From an archaeon (GTDB lineage Archaea; Nanobdellota; Nanobdellia; SCGC-AAA011-G17; GW2011-AR17): a DNA stretch of 64,000 nucleotides. This document shows, piece after piece, positions 57,828 through 64,000 of the stretch (positions are counted from its first letter, which is position 1; each line of letters begins with the position of its first letter). The notes beneath the pieces are model-generated. The model made no database searches, was not told where the DNA came from, and saw only the letters and a program-made list of their open reading frames with translations. The translations under genes were made by a program, and so were the position numbers. Where the stretch lies: positions 61,978-125,977 of the forward strand of contig JBDRRK010000008.1 in the NCBI GenBank assembly GCA_043825775.1, in the 5' to 3' direction.

Positions 57828-59900
57828 GTGATTAGATTCTTAAAGATTAAAAAAAGAAGTGGTAAAATAGTTAGGTTTCAGAGGAATAAAATAAAGAATT
57901 CTATCTTAAATGCTATGAAGGATTTAAATAGAATTGATGCTAATGTTGCTGAAGAATTAACTAAAGAGAGTATAAGGAGATTGGATGCTAGATTTGTTAA
58001 AACTACCCCTACAACTGAAGATGTTCAAGATATTGCTGAAGATGTATTAATTTCTTATGATTTAAGTGATTTAGCTAAAAGTTATATACTATACAGGGCC
58101 CGGCACAAGGGGTTCCAGGATGTAAAAAATTTAATTGGAATAAAAAAGGATGTGTTGAAGTTATCTATTAATGCGATAACAGTGTTGGAGAAACGATATT
58201 TATTGAGAAATACTAAAGGAGAGTTAATTGAGACGCCGAAACAGATGTTTCAGCGAGTAGCGAAGCATGTTGCTTCTATTGAAAAAGAGAAATTGAGAAA
58301 GAGATACTCGAAAGAGTTTTATGAGATTATGAGTAATCTGGAATTCCTGCCGAATACGCCCTGTTTAGTAAATTCAGGTAATAAAATGGGGCAGTTAGCT
58401 GCTTGTTTTGTATTACCTATAGAAGATTCTATGGAAAGTATTTATGAAAGTTTAAAAAATTCCGCTTTGATTTTTCAATCTGGTGGGGGAGTGGGTTATG
58501 ATTTTTCTAAATTGAGAAGAAAAGGTGCTTTAATTAATAGCACAAATGGTCAAAGTTCTGGACCTGTTTCCTTTATGAATATTTTTGACAAAAGCTCTGA
58601 TGTTATTAAAAGAGGTGGAATAAGAAGAGGTGCTTCAATTGGAGTGTTAAGAGTAGACCATCCAGATATCTTAGAATTTGTTAATGCTAAAGCATATGGG
58701 GGTTTTGAAAATTTTAATATTTCTGTTGCTGTTACTGATGATTTTATGAAAAAAGTAATTTCTAATGAGTATTATTATCTCAAATATCCTTGGAGTGAAT
58801 TTGGAAATGAGAAGGTATCAAAACTAAAGGCAAGGGATGTTTTTGAAATGATTTGTGCGAATGCATGGAGTAATGGTGATCCCGGACTTGTTTTTATTGA
58901 TGAAATAAATAGAAAACATGTTTTAAAAAAATTAGGAAGAATAAGGACTACAAATCCTTGTGGGGCTGTTGATTTACTTGACAATGAATCTTGTGTGTTG
59001 GGTTCTGTAAATCTTTCAAAGATGATTAAAGATGGAAGGGTTGATTGGATTAAACTGGATAGGACTATTAGATTAGGTGTTAGATTTTTAGATAATATGA
59101 TTGATGTTAATAAATATCCTTTAAAAGAAGTTGAAAAGATTACCAAAGCAAATAGAAAGATTGGTTTAGGGATTATGGGTTGGGCTGATTTTTTGCTTGA
59201 ACTAGAAGTGAAATATGATTCTTATGAAGGCTTAGAATTGGCAAAAAAAGTTATGAGTTTTATTAAAAAAACAGCTGAAGAGGAGTCTATAAGCCTGGGA
59301 AAAGAAAAAGGTTTTTTTAAGAATTACAAAAAAAGTTCTTTAAAGAAAAAAAGAAGGAATGCTACTTTGTTGTCTATTGCACCTACTGGAAGTATTAGTT
59401 TAATTGCAGGTTGTAGTTCTGGTATTGAACCTCTATTTGGTTTAGCTTATGTTAGAAGCATTTTATCTGGTGCAGACTTATTTGAAATGAATAAAAGATT
59501 TGAAGAATATTTAAGATATAGAGGATTGTATAGCAAAGACTTAGTTACAAATGTTGCTAAGGCAGGTTCTTTGAAAAATTTAAATGTTCCAAAAGAAGTT
59601 AAAAATTTATTTGTAACTGCATTTGATGTCAAACCTGAATGGCATGTAAAGATGCAAGCTGTTTTCCAGAAATATGTTGATAATGCAGTTTCAAAGACTG
59701 TAAATTTACCTAAGAGTGCTACTGTAGAGGATATTAAAAGAATTTATGTTCAAGCCTTTAGATTAAATTGTAAAGGAATTACTGTTTATAGGGATGGAAG
59801 TAGGGATAATCAGGTGTTAAATTTGGGAGATAAAAAAGATTTGATTAGAGTCAATGAAGATTATTCTGGTGGATGCTTATTTAGAGATTGTCATTTTTAA
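57828..59900 (+). CDS. nrdJ: Adenosylcobalamin-dependent ribonucleotide reductase (class II) with N-terminal ATP-cone
   Basis: ATP-cone (IKKRSGKIVRFQRNKI), catalytic TNPCGA… and class II RNR core (…NPCGAVDL…, …GGGVGYDFS…) are present. 690 aa. Confidence 0.85.
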   Translation: MIRFLKIKKRSGKIVRFQRNKIKNSILNAMKDLNRIDANVAEELTKESIRRLDARFVKTTPTTEDVQDIAEDVLISYDLSDLAKSYILYRARHKGFQDVKNLIGIKKDVLKLSINAITVLEKRYLLRNTKGELIETPKQMFQRVAKHVASIEKEKLRKRYSKEFYEIMSNLEFLPNTPCLVNSGNKMGQLAACFVLPIEDSMESIYESLKNSALIFQSGGGVGYDFSKLRRKGALINSTNGQSSGPVSFMNIFDKSSDVIKRGGIRRGASIGVLRVDHPDILEFVNAKAYGGFENFNISVAVTDDFMKKVISNEYYYLKYPWSEFGNEKVSKLKARDVFEMICANAWSNGDPGLVFIDEINRKHVLKKLGRIRTTNPCGAVDLLDNESCVLGSVNLSKMIKDGRVDWIKLDRTIRLGVRFLDNMIDVNKYPLKEVEKITKANRKIGLGIMGWADFLLELEVKYDSYEGLELAKKVMSFIKKTAEEESISLGKEKGFFKNYKKSSLKKKRRNATLLSIAPTGSISLIAGCSSGIEPLFGLAYVRSILSGADLFEMNKRFEEYLRYRGLYSKDLVTNVAKAGSLKNLNVPKEVKNLFVTAFDVKPEWHVKMQAVFQKYVDNAVSKTVNLPKSATVEDIKRIYVQAFRLNCKGITVYRDGSRDNQVLNLGDKKDLIRVNEDYSGGCLFRDCHF

Positions 59901-59988
59901 AAAAGGAGGTATTCAAAATGGAATGTGGATGTTGTTCAGCAAAGAAGAAGGTTAAAAAGAAGAAGAAATAAAAAAAATAGAAAAAGAT

Positions 59989-60342
59989 TTATCTTTTCTT
60001 TTTCTTCACTTTTCTTTTAACTGTTTTCTTAGCTTTCTTTTTAGCGGATTTTTTCTTCACTGCTTTTTTCTTTACTGCTTTTTTCTTAGCTTTTTTCTTT
60101 CGTTTCTTGCCGCCTCTAGCCATTTTAGCTTCAGCTACATTTCCTTGCTTGTCAATGTAGTACAAGAATCCAGATTTTCTTTCTACACCTGATTTGTATA
60201 CTACTTCTTGTTTGAAACTGCCTTTCATTCCTGGCCTTTTCATTTTTACTCTAGCTACATTACCTTTTTTATCTAAGAAGTATAAGTAACCAGACTCTCT
60301 TTTTATATTACATTTACATACAACTTTTCCCATAGGGTTCAC
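59989..60342 (-). CDS. Small tandem-repeat protein with Lys-rich tail (candidate nucleic-acid-binding protein)
   Basis: Two copies of an ~40-aa unit (ESGYLYFLDKKGNVARVKM / KSGFLYYIDKQGNVAEAKM), followed by KKRKKKAKKKAVKKKAVKKKSAKKKAKK. Confidence 0.5.
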   Translation of the reverse strand: MNPMGKVVCKCNIKRESGYLYFLDKKGNVARVKMKRPGMKGSFKQEVVYKSGVERKSGFLYYIDKQGNVAEAKMARGGKKRKKKAKKKAVKKKAVKKKSAKKKAKKTVKRKVKKKKR

Positions 60343-60441
60343 CTCGAAGTTTAATAATATTTTATATGTCTAAATAGTTTATAAAGTTTGTGATTTCTCG
60401 TCGGAGGAAGTTTTATATATGTTTTAGTATTCCTCAGTAGT

Positions 60442-61203
60442 ATGTGGGTACACAATATTAATCCAGTTTTAGTAACTCTCTTTGGAATGGAGATTAGATA
60501 TTATGGTCTCGTCTATGTATTAGGGTTTTTATTTGGGATTTGGTGGTTGATTAGGAATAGGAAAGAGATTGGATTTTCTAAAGATGAAGTTTATGACCTT
60601 ATGTTTTATGTTATGTTAGGTGGGGTTATTGGAGCTAGGTTAATCCATGTTTTTATTTGGGAACCTTCATATTATTTGAGTAATCCCCTCGAGATATTGA
60701 TGTTTTGGAAAGGTGGTATGGCTTTTCATGGTGGTTTAATTGGTGGCTTATTTGGAGGTTGGTTGTATCATAGAAAGAAGAAATTTAGGTTTTTACAGGT
60801 AGCTGATATGTTATCTTTTCCATTACTCATTGCTGGAGCATTAGGTAGAATTGCTAATTTTATTAATGGGGAACTGGTTGGTACTTATAGCAATCTACCT
60901 TGGTGTGTTGATTTTGGAGATGGTTGTAGACATCCAGTACAGTTGTATAGTTCCTTGAAAAGGTTTGTTATTGCAGGTATTGTTTTGTTGATTTCTAGAG
61001 GGAAACATAAAGATGGATTTGTATTTTTCTTAACTATTATGTTATTAGGGTTAGGGAGGTTTGGTATTGATTTTCTTAGAGAGGATATATTATATTTGTG
61101 GCTTAGTATAGGCCAGTGGAGTTCTGCTTTGATATTTATTGTTGGTTTGGTTGTGTTAATTAAATGGTATAGGGTGGAAATAGTAAAGCTTTTAAAGAAA
61201 TAA
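60442..61203 (+). CDS. lgt: Prolipoprotein diacylglyceryl transferase homologue
   Basis: YGLVYVLGFLFGIWW and HPVQLYSSL (Lgt signature H-P-x-x-L-Y-E/S region) are present. 7-TM, 253 aa. Confidence 0.65.
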   Translation: MWVHNINPVLVTLFGMEIRYYGLVYVLGFLFGIWWLIRNRKEIGFSKDEVYDLMFYVMLGGVIGARLIHVFIWEPSYYLSNPLEILMFWKGGMAFHGGLIGGLFGGWLYHRKKKFRFLQVADMLSFPLLIAGALGRIANFINGELVGTYSNLPWCVDFGDGCRHPVQLYSSLKRFVIAGIVLLISRGKHKDGFVFFLTIMLLGLGRFGIDFLREDILYLWLSIGQWSSALIFIVGLVVLIKWYRVEIVKLLKK

Positions 61204-61215
61204 TTCTCAGAGAAA

Positions 61216-61614
61216 TTGATGGTAACTTGTGATCAATGTGATGGAGAATGCTGTAGAGATGTTACGGTAGAGTTAGACGAACCAGAAGATATGAAAGATT
61301 GGGAAGATATTAGATGGATGGTTGCTCATGAAAATGTTTCTGTATATCTTGATAATGAAGATGATTGGGTTGTTGAGTTTAGAACACCTTGTACACAATT
61401 GGATAAAAATAATAAATGTAAGATTTATAACAAAAGGCCTGATATGTGTAAAAATCATGAAGAGGATAATTGTGTAAAGAATGGAGAAGGAGATGTACAC
61501 AAACTTAAATTTGATACTATTGAAGAAGTTGATGAGTATATTGAGAAAGTTGCTAAACCTAAGATTGAATATGTCAAATCTGTAAAGGCTAAAAAAGCTA
61601 AGAAGTCCCAGTAG
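61216..61614 (+). CDS. YkgJ/UPF0153-type Cys-rich (CxxCxxCC) putative Zn/Fe-binding protein
   Basis: CDQCDGECC N-terminal motif and additional downstream Cys residues (CTQ…CKIYNKRPDMCKNHEEDNC). Confidence 0.5.
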   Translation: MMVTCDQCDGECCRDVTVELDEPEDMKDWEDIRWMVAHENVSVYLDNEDDWVVEFRTPCTQLDKNNKCKIYNKRPDMCKNHEEDNCVKNGEGDVHKLKFDTIEEVDEYIEKVAKPKIEYVKSVKAKKAKKSQ

Positions 61615-62029
61615 AACCAAAAGCATTTCCACTTCTTTTTGTTTCTTCAAGATCTTCTACTGGTTCCCATTCAACTCTTTCATGTTTATTGATTATCATT
61701 TGGGCTATTCTATCTCCTTTTTTTATTTCAAAAGGTTGTTCTCCCCAATTGATTAGAATTGCATGTATTTCACCACGATAATCAGCATCAATTGTTCCAA
61801 CTCCATTAACACATCCTATCCCTTTGTGAAAGGCATGTCCTGATCTAGGCCTTATCTGTGCTTCATAACCTTGAGGCATTGCAATTTTAATTCCAGTTGG
61901 TATTCCCTTAAATTTTCCAGGTTCTAATGTGAAATCTATTCTTGATCTTAAATCTACAGCTGCTGCCCCTTCTGTTTCGTAAAAAGGGGTTGGTAAATCC
62001 TTGTCTATATTTACTATTTTTACTTTCAT
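61598..62029 (-). CDS. dut: dUTP diphosphatase
   Basis: dUTPase motifs RSG, GTIDADYRGE and C-terminal R..GAFGSTG are present. Confidence 0.8.
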   Translation of the reverse strand: MKVKIVNIDKDLPTPFYETEGAAAVDLRSRIDFTLEPGKFKGIPTGIKIAMPQGYEAQIRPRSGHAFHKGIGCVNGVGTIDADYRGEIHAILINWGEQPFEIKKGDRIAQMIINKHERVEWEPVEDLEETKRSGNAFGSTGTS

Positions 62030-63792
62030 TGGTAATAATACCTTCCTTGTTTTCTTTGAGTTTTATCAAGCTGTGAATCAATTTTATTTATTCTTGGTCT
62101 TTGTGTTTCTTGATCCATTCTATAAGTAATATCTAACATTTTTAGGACTTCATTCATTCCTTCTTTCTTTGACAGAGGACCTAGGACATGACCCTCTTTT
62201 CCTGGCTTACCTTTAAAGACAAGCATTGAATCTCCTACATAATCAATGAATTGCACGTCATGGTCTACTACAATAGCACATTTTTCTTTTTTTATCATAA
62301 AATCTTTTATTATTTCTGCTACTTTTAATCTATCTTCTACGTCAATGAATGCTGAAGGCTCATCAAAAGCATATACATCTGCATCTTTAGATAATGTGAT
62401 TGCAATATGTAATTTTTGTAATTCTCCTCCAGAGAGTTTAAAGGCATCATTATCTAAAATATTTTGTAAGTTTAATTTTTCAAGAACATTTTGTTTATAC
62501 CAACCTGAAGAGAATAAATCCTTTGCCTCTTCCATTAATATTTGACGAACTGTTCCTTGTATTCCTTTAATATACTGAGGTTTATAAGAAATTTTTATTC
62601 CTTCAATCTGTCCTTTTGTTGGTTTTTCAATTCCTGCCAATAATTTTAAGAATGTTGTTTTTCCTAATCCATTTGCTCCCATCACTGCTAGGATTTCTCC
62701 TTTTTGAACATTTCCAGAATTTATCTTTAATTTAAAAGTTTCAAATTCTTTTTCTAGTTCTGGGAATGTAAATAAAATTGGTTGATTTGCTCTTCTTTCT
62801 GCTGATCCTGAGAATTTTATTGCATAGTCTCTGAATCTTATATTATCGTCAGGAAGATATCCATCTAAATATTCATTAATTCCTCTTCTAACTGATTTTG
62901 ATTGTGAAATTATTCCGTAAGCTGCTGGCTCTCCATAAACAATTTGTATTTCATCTGAAATATAGTCTAAAGTTGCTAAGTCATGTTCTACAACCATTAC
63001 TGAGACTTCAGGAGTTGCAAGTCTCCTTAATAACTTAGCTACTTTTATTCTTGTGGTTATATCTAAAAAAGAGGCTGGCTCATCAAAGAATAAAAAGTTT
63101 GCATCTTTGATTGCTGTTGCTATTATTGCGAGTTTTTGTAATTCTCCTCCAGAGAGCTTTGCAATATCCCTATCTTTTAAATGATCTAATGCGAGTTCTT
63201 TTAGTAAGTCGTTTCCTGTTCCTTTTGTATCTATTTTTTTTACTAATTCACTTACAGTTCCCTTGAATAATTCTGGAATTAATTCTATTCTTTGGGGTTT
63301 GTAAGCAATTTTTATTTCTTTATTGTATAATTTTTTAAAATATTCTCCTAACGAAACAGTAGAATAATTGTTTATTACTTGCTGAGCCAAAGGATCTACA
63401 TTAAGCTCTCCTAAATTAGGGATGAATGCTCCAGATAATATTTGTAATGCTGTTGATTTACCAATCCCATTTCTTCCAAGTATTCCTACGACCTTTCCTT
63501 CTTTAGGTATTGGTAAGTGAAATAATTCAAATGCGTTTTTTCCATATCTGTGGATGGGTTCTTCTTTTAGTGCTTCTGGTAAGTTTATTATTTTAATACA
63601 TTCAGTAGGACAACGTTTTGGACATATTCCACAACCTGTGCAGAGTTGTTCATCAATTATTGGTTTCTTATCTATTCCTTCTAGAATACATTCTCCTCCA
63701 GTTCTATTTACAGGGCAGTATTTGGCACATAATAAAACACAACCCTTGCCATTGATACATTTTGATTTTTCAATAATTGCTATTCTTGACAT
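62026..63792 (-). CDS. abcE1: ABCE1 (RNase L inhibitor homologue, ribosome-recycling ATPase)
   Basis: N-terminal 2×[4Fe-4S] ferredoxin-like domain (CxxCxxC…CP repeated) followed by two ABC ATPase domains (GRNGIGKST / [16 protein letters not shown] ×2). Confidence 0.9.
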   Translation of the reverse strand: MSRIAIIEKSKCINGKGCVLLCAKYCPVNRTGGECILEGIDKKPIIDEQLCTGCGICPKRCPTECIKIINLPEALKEEPIHRYGKNAFELFHLPIPKEGKVVGILGRNGIGKSTALQILSGAFIPNLGELNVDPLAQQVINNYSTVSLGEYFKKLYNKEIKIAYKPQRIELIPELFKGTVSELVKKIDTKGTGNDLLKELALDHLKDRDIAKLSGGELQKLAIIATAIKDANFLFFDEPASFLDITTRIKVAKLLRRLATPEVSVMVVEHDLATLDYISDEIQIVYGEPAAYGIISQSKSVRRGINEYLDGYLPDDNIRFRDYAIKFSGSAERRANQPILFTFPELEKEFETFKLKINSGNVQKGEILAVMGANGLGKTTFLKLLAGIEKPTKGQIEGIKISYKPQYIKGIQGTVRQILMEEAKDLFSSGWYKQNVLEKLNLQNILDNDAFKLSGGELQKLHIAITLSKDADVYAFDEPSAFIDVEDRLKVAEIIKDFMIKKEKCAIVVDHDVQFIDYVGDSMLVFKGKPGKEGHVLGPLSKKEGMNEVLKMLDITYRMDQETQRPRINKIDSQLDKTQRKQGRYYYQ

Positions 63793-63865
63793 GGTTTTTA
63801 GGGAGAAATAAGAATTTATAAGGGTTGGGGTAAGTTATTTAAAGCATAGATAGTTATTTTTTCTT

Positions 63866-64000
63866 ATGAAATGTGCGATTTGTAAGGAAAAGGTTGAGAA
63901 GACTTTTCTAGGAAAGATTAGAGGAACTTTTGTTGGAAAAAAAGTTGTTTGTCCTAAATGTCAGAAAGAGCATGGTGACAAGATTAAAGAAAAGATTTGA
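63866..64000 (+). CDS. Small zinc-ribbon protein (2× CxxC), putative
   Basis: MKCAICKEKVEKTFLGKIRGTFVGKKVVCPKCQKEHGDKIKEKI* is 44 aa with two CxxC pairs. Below the ORF-track size cut-off; ends at the window edge. Confidence 0.3.
   Translation: MKCAICKEKVEKTFLGKIRGTFVGKKVVCPKCQKEHGDKIKEKI

Noticed and set aside
1-64000. Alternative genetic code (UGA sense codon) suggested by the in-frame continuation after the giant ORF's TGA
   Set aside because: All other motif-supported genes in the window are full-length under the standard code, with ordinary stops including TGA. Genome-wide recoding is therefore not supported.
1-64000. tRNA/rRNA genes
   Set aside because: Scanning intergenic regions by eye found no T-loop (GTTCRANYC) or acceptor-stem signatures and no rRNA-like conserved blocks. 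None called, though a computational scan (tRNAscan/Infernal) was not possible.

Overview
This is an AT-rich (roughly 30% GC by eye), gene-dense window that looks like a small archaeal genome, plausibly DPANN-like. It carries many archaeal information-processing genes: the Pop5–proteasome alpha–SBDS–Rrp4–Rrp41–Rrp42–RpoK exosome superoperon, diphthine synthase, deoxyhypusine synthase, ATP-dependent DNA ligase, ABCE1, class II RNR and dUTPase. It also carries a few bacterial-type genes, including a bacterial-style ThrRS and an Lgt homologue. The first ~31.6 kb is one large cell-surface glycan biosynthesis island. It contains GT2, GT4 and GT-C-like membrane glycosyltransferases, a Wzx-like flippase, the dTDP-rhamnose enzymes RmlC and RmlD, an SDR epimerase, AsnB, methyltransferases, a nucleotidyltransferase plus CDP-alcohol phosphatidyltransferase pair, and four cobalamin-binding radical SAM enzymes plus two plain radical SAM enzymes. 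The key finding is a compact diversity-generating retroelement (DGR) at ~35.9–38.2 kb on the minus strand. It comprises a target gene whose 3' region carries a 97-nt variable repeat (VR), a 181-nt spacer, a 97-nt template repeat (TR), and a reverse transcriptase with the DGR-specific [I/L]GxxxSQ and YVDD motifs. Fourteen of the 15 TR/VR mismatches fall on template adenines, recoding seven Asn (AAY) and several Asp/Arg codons. No avd-like accessory ORF is visible. Other items worth a look are a 1931-aa surface protein dense in N-glycosylation sequons with LamG-like domains, N- and C-terminal TM segments, and a basic tail that continues in frame past its stop codon. A tandem-repeat lysine-tailed small protein is a chromatin-protein candidate. 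There are also a ThiI-like THUMP protein with a degenerate PP-loop, an apparently circularly permuted ATP-grasp ORF, and a compositionally GC-richer gene of unknown function. No tRNA, rRNA or CRISPR array was recognised by eye.
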